Made by a program: the position numbers and the translations under genes. A stretch of 64,000 nt of DNA from an uncultured Pelagibacteraceae bacterium (GTDB taxonomy: Bacteria > Pseudomonadota > Alphaproteobacteria > Pelagibacterales > Pelagibacteraceae), in contig CACJBQ010000003.1 in the NCBI GenBank assembly GCA_902591695.1, positions 11,951 through 75,950 of the forward strand, written 5' to 3'. The notes under the pieces are model-generated. The model saw only the letters and a list, made by a program, of their open reading frames with translations, was not told where the DNA came from and ran no database searches. Every line of letters begins with the position of its first letter. The stretch's first letter is position 1. Below, piece by piece: positions 29,973 to 40,115 of this stretch.

Positions 29973-31204
29973 GGTTTAGTAGAAAAATAGCTCCCGAGAT
30001 AAAACCAAGACAAAATTTTATTACCAAAAAAAGATTAAGAGAAGACGAGATTGATTTTGATAAATTAAGATCATATCGTTTAGATAGGGTCAGAAAAGAA
30101 TTAGTAAAAAATAATTTAGAGGCTTGTATTCTCTTTGATCCAGTGAATATTCGTTATGCTTTAGATACAGTCAACATGAGTGTCTATAATATGCATAATT
30201 TAACAAGATATTGTTTTGTTCCTGTAAATGGACCAACAATTCTTTATGAGTATTTTAATTGTGAAATATTATCAAAGCATTTAAATCTAATTGACGAAAT
30301 AAGACCTGCAATCACATGGGATTATTTTAGCAATGGAGATCAAGCAAATTCACAATTATCAAAATGGATAAATGAAGTTAAAGATTTATCAAAAAATTAT
30401 TTTAAAACAAAAAAAATTGCAATCGATGTTTTAAATGGTCCTGCGGTTACAGCTTTAAATAAAGAAGGTATTGAAGTTGTAGATGCAAAATTAATTTTAG
30501 AACAAGCAAGAGTAATAAAATCACCTGATGAATTAACTTGTATGAAAGCAGCAATAGAAGTTGCAGAAAAAGGTGTATCAAAAATGAGATCAGATCTTAA
30601 ACCAGGAATGACTGAAGATGAATTGTGGTCAATTCTACATAAAACAAATATTGAAAATGGAGGTGAATGGATTGAGTGTAGGATTTTATCTTCTGGTCAA
30701 AGAACGAATCCATGGATGCAAGAAAGTAGTAATAAAGTTATCCAACAAGGAGAAATAGTTGCTTTTGACACTGATATGGTTGGTCCTTATGGATATTGTG
30801 CAGATATTTCTAGAGCTTTTGTTGTAGGTAATAAATTTAATGAGGAACAAAAGAAATTATATTCAATGGCTATGGAGCAAATAGATTTTAATTCTAGATT
30901 AATAAAAGATGGAGTAACTTTTCAGGAGTTCACTGAAAAATCCTGGATATTACCCGAAGAATATTATCCAAACCGATATTCAGTAATGGTTCATGGAATT
31001 GGTTTATGTGATGAGTGGCCTGCAATTAGATATCCTACAGATAGAGGTGAACGTGAAGGAACTTTTCAAAAAAATATGACTATTACTATTGAAAGCTATA
31101 TCGGCAAAGTTGGTGGTAAAGAAGGTGTAAAACTTGAACAACAGTATTTAATTGGTGAAAATGGACTTGAATTAATGTCCCATCATCCGTTAGAAGATAT
31201 TTAA
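29969..31204 (+). CDS. M24 metallopeptidase-fold enzyme, DMSP lyase DddP-like
   Basis: FDP.NIRYA, SGQRTNPW.QE, DTD..G.YGYCADISR, HG.GLCDEWP, VKLEQQ. Confidence 0.75.
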   Translation: MRFSRKIAPEIKPRQNFITKKRLREDEIDFDKLRSYRLDRVRKELVKNNLEACILFDPVNIRYALDTVNMSVYNMHNLTRYCFVPVNGPTILYEYFNCEILSKHLNLIDEIRPAITWDYFSNGDQANSQLSKWINEVKDLSKNYFKTKKIAIDVLNGPAVTALNKEGIEVVDAKLILEQARVIKSPDELTCMKAAIEVAEKGVSKMRSDLKPGMTEDELWSILHKTNIENGGEWIECRILSSGQRTNPWMQESSNKVIQQGEIVAFDTDMVGPYGYCADISRAFVVGNKFNEEQKKLYSMAMEQIDFNSRLIKDGVTFQEFTEKSWILPEEYYPNRYSVMVHGIGLCDEWPAIRYPTDRGEREGTFQKNMTITIESYIGKVGGKEGVKLEQQYLIGENGLELMSHHPLEDI

Positions 31205-31614
31205 TGAAAATTATTTTAGTAATGGGTTTGCCTGGAGCAGGTAAAACAACTCTAGCAAACGAAATGGCTCCACTATTAAATGCTAAAAGACTGAATGCAG
31301 ACGAAGTAAGAAAAGCTGCAAACGATTGGGATTTTTCAGAGGAAGGAAGGCTAAGACAAGCAAAAAGAATGGCTGAAGCAGCTTTAAAATTAAAAGCAGA
31401 TGGTCATTATGTAATTGCAGATTTCATTGCACCAACCCCTGAAGCAAGAAGTTTGTTTCCAGCAGATTTTAGAGTATGGGTCGATACAATTAAAGAAGGA
31501 AGATTTGAAGACACTAACCAAATGTTTGTTAATCCTAAGAATTTTGATTTTCATGTAACAACTCAGGATGCAAAAAATTGGGCACCAAAAATAATAGAGG
31601 AGATAAAAAAATGA
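31204..31614 (+). CDS. Small P-loop kinase, adenylylsulfate-kinase-like
   Basis: MGLPGAGKTT, NAD.VR, DWDFS.EGR.RQ; only 136 aa. Confidence 0.75.
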   Translation: MKIILVMGLPGAGKTTLANEMAPLLNAKRLNADEVRKAANDWDFSEEGRLRQAKRMAEAALKLKADGHYVIADFIAPTPEARSLFPADFRVWVDTIKEGRFEDTNQMFVNPKNFDFHVTTQDAKNWAPKIIEEIKK

Positions 31615-31985
31615 AACACCAATGGGATAACAAAAAACCAACAGCACAAATGCTAGGAAGATGGCAACCTTTTCATGATGGACATTATACTTTGTTTAAA
31701 GAAATTATTAAAAAAACTGGACAAGTTTGTATTCAAATAAGAGATGTACAAGGTGTTGATGACAATCCTTTTGATTTTGAAACAGTTAAAAAAAATATTG
31801 AAGACAGATTAAATCCTGAATTTGAAGGACAATTTAAAATAATGTTAGTACCTAATATTACAAATATTTGTTATGGTAGAGGAGTTGGATATAAGATTGA
31901 GGAGATAGTTTTGGATGAAGAAACTCAAAAAATATCAGCTACTAAGATAAGAGCAAAAATGAGAGAAGAGGGAAAGTTAAAGTAA
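31611..31985 (+). CDS. HxGH nucleotidyltransferase (cytidylyltransferase/NMNAT-like)
   Basis: GRWQPFHDGH, DNPF, ISATKIR; GAGGAG RBS and ATGA overlap at 31611. Confidence 0.8.
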   Translation: MKHQWDNKKPTAQMLGRWQPFHDGHYTLFKEIIKKTGQVCIQIRDVQGVDDNPFDFETVKKNIEDRLNPEFEGQFKIMLVPNITNICYGRGVGYKIEEIVLDEETQKISATKIRAKMREEGKLK

Positions 31986-31991
31986 ACATAA

Positions 31992-32843
31992 ATGAACGAT
32001 AGACTTAAGACTATTGTAGATTTAGAAAAATATCCAATATACGATTTAAATTCACCAATAATTAAAAATCTAATTAAGAAATGTAAAGAAGAACTTGATC
32101 AATATAGTTGTTCAACAATTCCAAATTTTATTTTACCCAAATCACTGAAGGTAATGAATTCTGAGTTAGAAAAACAATTAGATGAAGTTTATATGTCTAA
32201 AGAAAGTATAAATGCATACTTGTATGCGAAGGATGATCCATCGTTACCAAAAGATCATCCAAAAAGAACTTTTATGAATAGATATAATGGATATTTAAAT
32301 TCAGATTGTTTTCCAAAAGACTCTGAAATGAAATATCTATATGAAACTGAAGAACTTTTAAAATTTGTATCCGCTTGTTTAGGTGTTTCGCCTATTTACA
32401 GATGGGCAGACCCTTTAGCATGTCATGCGTATAATGTTATGAAACCTGATGGAGTGCTTCCATGGCATTTTGATAGTTGTGAATTTACACTTAGTTTAAT
32501 GATACAAAAACCTGAAAAGGGAGGAGTATTTGAGTACTGTCCAAATATTAGAGAACCTGGAAATGAAAATTTCGAAGAAGTTCAAAAAGTTATAGCAGGA
32601 GATAGAAGCAGAGTAAGACAATTGAAATTAGAGCCAGGAGATTTACAAATATTTAAAGGTAGATTTACTTTGCATAGGGTAACAAAAGTTGAAGGCCAAA
32701 AATCAAGATATATGTGTATTCCAGCTTATGTTTTAGATCCATGGAGAGTAAACACTCCAGAACATTCTAAAGCTATTTATGGCAAAGTTTTACCAATTCA
32801 TATAGAAAGAAATCAGGCTAGATCCGATGGATTAACTGATTAA
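31992..32843 (+). CDS. Fe(II)/2-oxoglutarate oxygenase, BesD/HalD-like fold, hydroxylase-type HxD
   Basis: WHFD, GG.FEYCPNIR, L.PGDL..F.G..TLHRVT, distal R. Confidence 0.75.
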   Translation: MNDRLKTIVDLEKYPIYDLNSPIIKNLIKKCKEELDQYSCSTIPNFILPKSLKVMNSELEKQLDEVYMSKESINAYLYAKDDPSLPKDHPKRTFMNRYNGYLNSDCFPKDSEMKYLYETEELLKFVSACLGVSPIYRWADPLACHAYNVMKPDGVLPWHFDSCEFTLSLMIQKPEKGGVFEYCPNIREPGNENFEEVQKVIAGDRSRVRQLKLEPGDLQIFKGRFTLHRVTKVEGQKSRYMCIPAYVLDPWRVNTPEHSKAIYGKVLPIHIERNQARSDGLTD

Positions 32844-33623
32844 ATGACAAGTAACATTAAAATTAAAAAAAATAACAACGAAGTTTCATCAATTATAATT
32901 GATGAAACAAAAACTTATAACTCTTTATCATTCAAAAATCTTTCAGATTTATTAAAAGCATTAAAAAAATTAGATGCTGATAAAAAAGTTAAAGTAATAA
33001 TACTAGAGGGTGCCGGTAAAGGATTTAGTGCAGGTCATAATTTAAAAGAAGTTAGAGGTCTAAAAAAGAGAGATAAATATTTAAAATTATTTAATCTTTG
33101 TTCAAAAGTAATGCTTCAAATTGTTGAAGGTAGAAAACCTGTAATTGCTAAAGTTCATGGAGCTGCATTTGCAGCTGGGTGTCAATTGGTTGCAAGTTGT
33201 GATTTAGCTTATAGTACTAAGGACGCATTGTTTGCTACTCCTGGTGTAAATATTGGTTTGTTTTGTAGTACACCTATGGTTGCTGTCAGTAGAAAGATAA
33301 ATCGAAAACCTATGATGAAAATGTTGCTAACTGGAGAACCTATTAATGCAAATTATGCAAAAGAAATAGGGTTGATAAATGACAATTTTTCAAAAGCCAG
33401 ATTAAACAACGAAGTGTTAAAAGTAGCAAATAAAATTGCTTCTAAATCTAATTTAACAATAAAAATTGGAAAGCAAGCTTTTTACAAACAATTAGAAATG
33501 TCATTGAACAAAGCTTACGCTTACACAAGTAAAATGATGACCCTTAACATGATGGCAATGGATGCAAAAGAAGGAATTTCTGCATTTCTCGAAAAACGAA
33601 AACCAAAATGGAAAAATAAATAA
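32844..33623 (+). CDS. Enoyl-CoA hydratase/crotonase family (ECHDC3-like)
   Basis: FSAGHNL, AAGCQLVASCD, TPGVNIGLFCSTP, EGISAFLEKR. Confidence 0.9.
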   Translation: MTSNIKIKKNNNEVSSIIIDETKTYNSLSFKNLSDLLKALKKLDADKKVKVIILEGAGKGFSAGHNLKEVRGLKKRDKYLKLFNLCSKVMLQIVEGRKPVIAKVHGAAFAAGCQLVASCDLAYSTKDALFATPGVNIGLFCSTPMVAVSRKINRKPMMKMLLTGEPINANYAKEIGLINDNFSKARLNNEVLKVANKIASKSNLTIKIGKQAFYKQLEMSLNKAYAYTSKMMTLNMMAMDAKEGISAFLEKRKPKWKNK

Positions 33624-33808
33624 TGATAAAGAATGTTTTAATAGTTCTTTTTATTATTGTTGGAATGTTTGTAATTTATAATTTTAAAGATCATAATCAA
33701 AAAAGAGCAATAGATGCATGTATTGCTGGTAGCCAAAAACTAGAAAAACCAATGACAGTTCCTGAAGCTAAAATATTTTGTGAAGAACAAATTAAAAATA
33801 ATAAATGA
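33623..33808 (+). CDS. Small membrane-anchored hypothetical protein with two Cys
   Basis: N-terminal TM helix; overlaps both neighbours in the operon. Confidence 0.6.
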   Translation: MIKNVLIVLFIIVGMFVIYNFKDHNQKRAIDACIAGSQKLEKPMTVPEAKIFCEEQIKNNK

Positions 33809-34239
33809 GTGATATCAAAGAAGTTCTTTCTAAATATAAATCAATTGCAATGGTAGGAGTTAGTAACGATCCAACAAAAGCATCAACAATAGTTATGAAA
33901 TATATGCAAAAATATGGATTTAAAGTTTATCCCGTCAATCCTAGAGCTGAGGGTCAAAAAATTTTAGGAGAAGAAGTTTTTGCAAAAATATCTGATATTA
34001 ATGATCAGGTTGATATTGTAGATGTTTTTAGACCTTCAAAAGAAGTTTATGCTATTGCAGAAGATGCAGTTAAAATTGGTGCTAAAGTTTTATGGTTACA
34101 GCTCGGTATACGAGACGAAAAGGCAAAAGAATTGATGGAAAAAAATGATATTAAGTATATTGAAAACAAATGTACTAAAATGGAATATCAAAAATATTTT
34201 TTAAAAGTTAGACAAGCTTTTCCAGTTTTAAGTGACTAA
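33805..34239 (+). CDS. CoA-binding protein (YccU-like)
   Basis: IAMVGVS, YPVNP, DIVDVFRP, WLQLG. Confidence 0.88.
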   Translation: MSDIKEVLSKYKSIAMVGVSNDPTKASTIVMKYMQKYGFKVYPVNPRAEGQKILGEEVFAKISDINDQVDIVDVFRPSKEVYAIAEDAVKIGAKVLWLQLGIRDEKAKELMEKNDIKYIENKCTKMEYQKYFLKVRQAFPVLSD

Positions 34240-35849
34240 TGAGCAAAATAATTAAATTTTTAGACAGCACATTTTTAGATTTGGGTCGTCAATTTAAATG
34301 GACTTATCTACCTCCATTAATGGTTTATATGGCTGCAGGTATTTCTGGTTTAACAGGTATTGTTGGCACATTTTTTGTTAAAGATTATTTAAACTTATCA
34401 GCAGCATTTTTAGCAGGCCTAGGTTTTTGGGCTGGAATTCCTTGGGCATTAAAAATGCCATTAGGACATTTAGTAGATCTAATCTGGGAGAGAAAAAATT
34501 ATATGGTCTACTTTGGAGCTTCATTGATAGCTCTTAGTTTACTAATTATGTATGGATTGATTATTCATACTGAAGATATGTCCCAGGTATTTTCAGTAGA
34601 AACATGGTTTGTGATAAGTGTGATTTTAGCTCCAGTTGGTTATGTGGTCCAGGATGTTGTAGCCGATGCTATGACTGTTGAGGCAGTTCCTTTGGTCGAT
34701 GAAACAGGAAATGATTATTCTAAAGATCAAATAAAAATAATGCATACAACTATGCAGACACTTGGAAGGTTTGCTATTATTGGTGGCACAGTGCTTGTTG
34801 CATTGGTTAATGTAATTTTGTTTAGAGATGTGGAAAGCCTTGAGCAGGCTGATAAGATAAATTTATATGGAACTATCTACATTTATGCTCTTGTAATACC
34901 TTTAGTTTCTATACTAGGTGTAATTTTAGCAAATTATTTAAGACATAAAAAAATACAATCTTTAAAATCTAAAGGTCTAGAATTTAAAGATGAAAGAGGT
35001 AACGAAAAAACAAAAATAAACTGGTGGATACTAGGAGGAAGTTTAGTTTTTGTTATTTTCACATTGTCTATTGGTTCCTTTAAGGTTCCGTTTGCACAAG
35101 AAATTGTTTTTATAGGCTCAGTTATAATCATTTTATTTTTAATGTTTAAACTGATTAAGGAATTGCCTCAGGAACTAAGATTAACAATTGTAGGTACAGC
35201 AGTAATAATATTTATATTTAGGGCCATGCCAGGTCCTGGTCCTGGTTTAACATGGTTCGAAATTGATGAACTAGGATTTAATGAGCAGTTTTTTTCTGTT
35301 CTATCATTATTAGCATCAATTTTAACATTAGCTGGTATTGTTTTATTAAGACCTTTTATGGCAAATAATTCAATTGCTAAAATAATTGTAGTTTTAAGTA
35401 TTGCGGGTGCGATTTTGTTTTTACCAAGTGTTGGAATGTATTATGGTTTTCATAACTGGACAGCCTCGTTAACAGGTGGAGTTGTTGATGCTAAGTTTAT
35501 TGCATTAATTAATACAGCGTTGGAATCTCCGCTTGGCCAAGTATCAATGATACCTCTATTAGCTTGGATAGCAAAAAATGCTCCAGCACATTTAAAGGCA
35601 ACCTTTTTTGCAGTTTTTGCATCTTTTACAAATCTAGCATTATCAGCGAGTGCGTTAGGAACAAAATATTTAAATGAAATTTTTACTGTAACAAGAGAGG
35701 TTAAGGATAAGGTTTCTGGCGAAATACAAACAACAGCAGATTATTCTGAACTTGGAATACTGTTAATTTTTGTAACACTTTTAACATTAATTCTTCCAAT
35801 TTTATTTGTATTTATAATTAATAATAGTAAATACAAAACTACTGAATAA
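34239..35849 (+). CDS. BT1/folate-biopterin transporter-like MFS protein
   Basis: 12+ TM helices, IPWALK, QDVVADA, ATFFAV.ASFTN. Confidence 0.7.
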   Translation: MSKIIKFLDSTFLDLGRQFKWTYLPPLMVYMAAGISGLTGIVGTFFVKDYLNLSAAFLAGLGFWAGIPWALKMPLGHLVDLIWERKNYMVYFGASLIALSLLIMYGLIIHTEDMSQVFSVETWFVISVILAPVGYVVQDVVADAMTVEAVPLVDETGNDYSKDQIKIMHTTMQTLGRFAIIGGTVLVALVNVILFRDVESLEQADKINLYGTIYIYALVIPLVSILGVILANYLRHKKIQSLKSKGLEFKDERGNEKTKINWWILGGSLVFVIFTLSIGSFKVPFAQEIVFIGSVIIILFLMFKLIKELPQELRLTIVGTAVIIFIFRAMPGPGPGLTWFEIDELGFNEQFFSVLSLLASILTLAGIVLLRPFMANNSIAKIIVVLSIAGAILFLPSVGMYYGFHNWTASLTGGVVDAKFIALINTALESPLGQVSMIPLLAWIAKNAPAHLKATFFAVFASFTNLALSASALGTKYLNEIFTVTREVKDKVSGEIQTTADYSELGILLIFVTLLTLILPILFVFIINNSKYKTTE

Positions 35850-35861
35850 AAATTTAATACA

Positions 35862-36431
35862 ATGAAAAAAATTTTCTTAGTGTATGGGCACTACAATGAC
35901 AATTCATTTAATGCAGCAATTCGAGATGAATTCGTTAAGCAATCAAAAGTAAATGGAAATCAGGTAGATGTTATTGATTTATATAAAGAGAAATTTGATC
36001 CTGTTTTTGCTGGCGAAGAACCTGATCAAGAAGTTTTAGATCATAGAAAAAGAATCGAAGAAAGTGATACAATTGTTTTAATTGCTCCAATTTGGAATTT
36101 TAGGATGCCAGCGATAGTTGAGGGTTGGATAGATAAAGTTTTAGCTCCACCTTGGGCGTTTAGATTTAAACAGTTAGTTGGAAATTATGGTTATCCAATT
36201 GGAAACTTAAGAGATAAAAAAGCTATAATATTTTGTACATATGGTTCACCAAGATTAGCAATTACAACTTTTTTTTTAAACTTACCAATTAGAAGATTAA
36301 AAAGAGGGGTATTTCATATGTGTGGCATATATAACATTGTCTATAGAAGATATTTTGCAGTACCATTTGTTAGTGATGCTAAAAGACAAGAATTTTTAAA
36401 TGATGTTAGAAAAACCGCTAATAATCTTTAA
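35862..36431 (+). CDS. Flavodoxin-fold NAD(P)H:quinone oxidoreductase
   Basis: GHY..SFN, DLY, PIWNF.MPA...GWIDKV. Confidence 0.85.
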   Translation: MKKIFLVYGHYNDNSFNAAIRDEFVKQSKVNGNQVDVIDLYKEKFDPVFAGEEPDQEVLDHRKRIEESDTIVLIAPIWNFRMPAIVEGWIDKVLAPPWAFRFKQLVGNYGYPIGNLRDKKAIIFCTYGSPRLAITTFFLNLPIRRLKRGVFHMCGIYNIVYRRYFAVPFVSDAKRQEFLNDVRKTANNL

Positions 36432-36876
36432 AGCTGTAATTTTATTTTTTTTCCTTATTTCATTTTCTTACGCTGAATTACTAAACCCCAATAGCACTAT
36501 AAGCCCGAAAGAAGTTATTAAAATTCAATTGAGTGGGCTTCAACAAAATGATCTTGAATATAAAGATAGTGGTATAGAACAAACATGGAAATTTGCTCAC
36601 CCAAATAATAAGAGAGTAACAGGACCATTAAGCAACTTTAAGATGATGATAAAAAGCGACTCTTATGGGATGATGATTAACCACCTAAGTCACACAATAA
36701 CTGAACTTGGAAGTAGTGACAAATGGGCTCAATTTGAAGTTATCATTCTTGATAAGGATAAAATTTATCACAAATTCAATTGGCAAGTCGAAAAATACAC
36801 CTCTGAAGGAACTTTGAAAGACTGTTGGTTAACCACAATGGTATCCAGTCCAATCCCTCTTGGAAGCTCAATTTAA
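36400..36876 (+). CDS. Exported DUF4864-like protein
   Basis: Signal peptide, P.EVI.IQL..LQ.ND, FAHP, F..MI...Y, CW.T. Confidence 0.6.
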   Translation: MMLEKPLIIFKAVILFFFLISFSYAELLNPNSTISPKEVIKIQLSGLQQNDLEYKDSGIEQTWKFAHPNNKRVTGPLSNFKMMIKSDSYGMMINHLSHTITELGSSDKWAQFEVIILDKDKIYHKFNWQVEKYTSEGTLKDCWLTTMVSSPIPLGSSI

Positions 36877-36933
36877 TTGTCCACATATACATTTTTGTTT
36901 CGTAACAATTAAAAATTTAGTAGGAATCGCAGA

Positions 36934-39366
36934 ATGAAAACAAAAACTAAAGTTGTAGTAGTTGGTGGAGGAGTTGTGGGGGTAAGTGCCCTTTATCATT
37001 TAGCAAAAAAGGGCTGGTCTGATGTTGTTCTAGTTGAAAGAAAAGAGTTAACTTCAGGATCTACTTGGCACGCAGCAGGTTTGTTGCCTTTATTTAATAT
37101 GAGTTATTCAGTTGGACAACTTCATAAATATGCAGTCAATCTTTATAAAACATTAGAGGAAGAAACTGGAAAAAATGTTGGCTTTAGTGTTGTTTCAAAT
37201 ATTCGTCTAGCAAGTACAAAAGATAGAATGGATGAATACCATCAATACGCAGGTGTCGCTCGAACTATCGGAGTAGATGTTAAATTTTTGAAACCAGAAC
37301 AAGTAAAAGAAATTTGGCCATTATGTCATACAGATGATTTAGTAGGTGCAATACAACACCCTGAAGATGGATATATTCAACCAGCAGATTTAACACAAGC
37401 ATTAGCAACAGGTGCAAGAAATAGAGGAGCAGAAATTTATAGAAACACAACTGTCCTATCAATGAGGCAAACTAAAGATGGATGGATTGTGGAAACAGAC
37501 AAGGGATCAATAGAGTGCGAACATGTTATTTCTTGTTCTGGAAATTTTGCGAGACAAACAGGTGAAATGGTAGGATTAGATATTCCAGTAATACCTGTTG
37601 AGCATCAATACATTGTTACAGAACCGCATCCAGCAATTCAAAAAAGAAAAAAAGATGGATTACCAGAAATGGGAGTCTTAAGAGATAGTGATAGTAGATG
37701 GTATATGAGAGAAGAAGCTGGAGGATTAATTTTAGGCCCTTATGAAGATGGTGCACCAGCTTGTTATGTAGAGGGGCCATCAAAAAATTCTGAATATGAG
37801 TTATTTCAAGAAGACTTAGACAGATTAGCTCCACACATTGAAGGAGCAATTCATAGAGTTCCTGCATTTGGAGAAGTTGGAGTAAAGAAAGTTTATAATG
37901 GAGCAATCTGTTATACTCCTGATGGTAATCCAATTGTTGGTCCTGCATGGGGACTTAAGAATTTTTGGATTAATGAAGGGCATAGTTTTGGGATAACAGC
38001 AGCAGGTGGTGCAGGTTGGCAACTAGCAGAGTGGATAGTTGATGGTGAACCTACAATTGATATGTTAGGAGTTGAACCAAGACGTTACGGTAATTATGCA
38101 ACCAAATCTTATTTGAAAGCAAAAAATGAAGAAGCATATAGCCATGTATTTATTGTTCACTATCCAGATGAAGAAAGACCAGCAGCAAGACCATTAAGAA
38201 CAGCTCCTTGTTATGAACGAATGAAAAATTTAGGAGCAGTTTTTGGTCAGAAATTTGGATGGGAAAGACCTAATTTTTTTGCAACAGACGGAATGGAGCA
38301 AAAAGATGATTGGTCATTTAGAAGATCAAAATGGTTTGATGCAATTAAAAAAGAATGTCAAAATGTAAAAGAAAACGTGGGTCTTTTAGATATGACTGCG
38401 TTTGCAAAATGTAGAATTAGGGGACCCAAAGCAGAGGAATTTTTAGATTATTTAGTTGCAAACAAACTTCCAAAAAAAATTGGAAGGATAAATTTATGTC
38501 ATGCTTTGAACACTAAAGGTGGAGTACATTCAGAATTTACTATAATGAAAGAAGCAGAGAATAGTTACTATTTAGTTTCTGCTGGAGCAAATTTAAGATT
38601 AGATCATGACTGGATACAAAAATGGATGCCAGTTGATGGATCTGTAATTTTTGAAGATCTAACAAATAGTACAGGAGTTCTGGTAGTAGCAGGACCTAAA
38701 GCTAGACAGTTAATGCAAAAGGTTTCAACAGATGATTTCTCAAATGAAAATTTCAAATGGCTAACTGCAAAAAATGTAAATGTTGGATACGCTCCAGTAA
38801 ATGCAATGAGAGTAAACTTTGTTGGTGAGCTTGGTTGGGAATTACATCATCCAATAGAATATCAAAATCATATTTTTGATAAATTAATGGAAGCGGGAAA
38901 AGATTTAGGAATTAAACCTTTTGGAATAAGAGCTATGAATAGTTTAAGAGTTGAAAAATCTTATAAATTAGTCGGTACAGAATTATCAATTGAATATTCA
39001 CCGTATGAGTCTGGTCTTGATAGATTTGTTCATCCAAATAAAGGAAACTTTATTGGGTTAGAAGCACTTAACAAATGGAGAGAAAAAGGTTTTGATAATA
39101 AATTGGTCACTTTAGAGGTTCATAACACAAAAGATGCTGATGTATTAGGAAATAATCCTATTTTCAAAGATGGAAAAGTTGTTGGAAGAGCAACTGGAGG
39201 TGAATTTGGTTTTAGATTAGATAAATCAATAGCGCTCGCGATGGTTAAACCAGATTGTTCGAATGTGGGCGACAAATTACAAGTTGATATATTAGGTGAA
39301 ATGTACGACGCTACAGTCTTAGATGAGAGTCCATACGATTCAGAAAATAATTTATTGAGAGCTTAA
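36934..39366 (+). CDS. Dimethylglycine/sarcosine dehydrogenase family flavoprotein (paralog 2)
   Basis: [24 protein letters not shown], GcvT domain; coupled to etfB. Confidence 0.92.
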   Translation: MKTKTKVVVVGGGVVGVSALYHLAKKGWSDVVLVERKELTSGSTWHAAGLLPLFNMSYSVGQLHKYAVNLYKTLEEETGKNVGFSVVSNIRLASTKDRMDEYHQYAGVARTIGVDVKFLKPEQVKEIWPLCHTDDLVGAIQHPEDGYIQPADLTQALATGARNRGAEIYRNTTVLSMRQTKDGWIVETDKGSIECEHVISCSGNFARQTGEMVGLDIPVIPVEHQYIVTEPHPAIQKRKKDGLPEMGVLRDSDSRWYMREEAGGLILGPYEDGAPACYVEGPSKNSEYELFQEDLDRLAPHIEGAIHRVPAFGEVGVKKVYNGAICYTPDGNPIVGPAWGLKNFWINEGHSFGITAAGGAGWQLAEWIVDGEPTIDMLGVEPRRYGNYATKSYLKAKNEEAYSHVFIVHYPDEERPAARPLRTAPCYERMKNLGAVFGQKFGWERPNFFATDGMEQKDDWSFRRSKWFDAIKKECQNVKENVGLLDMTAFAKCRIRGPKAEEFLDYLVANKLPKKIGRINLCHALNTKGGVHSEFTIMKEAENSYYLVSAGANLRLDHDWIQKWMPVDGSVIFEDLTNSTGVLVVAGPKARQLMQKVSTDDFSNENFKWLTAKNVNVGYAPVNAMRVNFVGELGWELHHPIEYQNHIFDKLMEAGKDLGIKPFGIRAMNSLRVEKSYKLVGTELSIEYSPYESGLDRFVHPNKGNFIGLEALNKWREKGFDNKLVTLEVHNTKDADVLGNNPIFKDGKVVGRATGGEFGFRLDKSIALAMVKPDCSNVGDKLQVDILGEMYDATVLDESPYDSENNLLRA

Positions 39367-40115
39367 TGAAAATTTTAGTAGCTGTAAAAAGAGTCATTGA
39401 TTATAACGTTCAAATTAGAGTTAAAGAAGATGGATCTGGTGTAGTTACTGACAATGTTAAAATGTCAACTAATCCTCCTGATGATAATGCAATAGAAGAA
39501 GCTGTAAAAATTAAAGAAGCAGGTAAAGCTACAGAGGTAGTCGCAATAACTGTTGGAGAACAAAAAGCTCAAGAGACAGTTAGAAAAGCTTTAGCAGTTG
39601 GTGCAGATAGAGGTATTCATGTAAAAGTGGATGGAATACTTGAACCTTTAGCCGTTTCAAAAATTTTACAAAAAGTAGTTGATAAAGAAAAACCAGATTT
39701 AGTGTTCATGGGTAAACAAGCAATTGATGATGATTGTAATCAGACAGGTCAAATGTTGAGCGCTTTATTAAATTGGCCACAAGCAACATTTGCCTCAAAG
39801 ATTGATGTGAAAGATAATAAATTAGAAGTAACTAGAGAAATAGACGAAGGTCTTGAAACAATTGAAATAAATGTTCCAGCTATAGTAACTTGTGATCTTA
39901 GGCTGAATGAACCAAGATATGCATCACTACCAAATATAATGAAGGCTAAGAAAAAACCTATAGAGGAAATTGCAGCTTCTGATTTAGGCGTAGATGTATC
40001 GCCAAGATTAGAGCAATTAAAAGTAGAGGAACCTCCAAAAAGAAAAGCAGGTATAAAAGTAGCAAATGTTGCTGAATTAGTTCAAAAATTAAAAAATGAG
40101 GCTAAGGTAATTTAA
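39366..40115 (+). CDS. etfB: Electron transfer flavoprotein beta subunit
   Basis: [25 protein letters not shown]. Confidence 0.97.
   Translation: MKILVAVKRVIDYNVQIRVKEDGSGVVTDNVKMSTNPPDDNAIEEAVKIKEAGKATEVVAITVGEQKAQETVRKALAVGADRGIHVKVDGILEPLAVSKILQKVVDKEKPDLVFMGKQAIDDDCNQTGQMLSALLNWPQATFASKIDVKDNKLEVTREIDEGLETIEINVPAIVTCDLRLNEPRYASLPNIMKAKKKPIEEIAASDLGVDVSPRLEQLKVEEPPKRKAGIKVANVAELVQKLKNEAKVI

Noticed and set aside
31204-31614. Calling the kinase cysC and inferring sulfate assimilation
   Set aside because: Too short for canonical CysC and no cysDN, sat, cysH or sulfite reductase nearby; kept as kinase of unknown substrate
31992-32843. Radical halogenase
   Set aside because: Retains the HxD carboxylate (WHFD); halogenases have HxG/A
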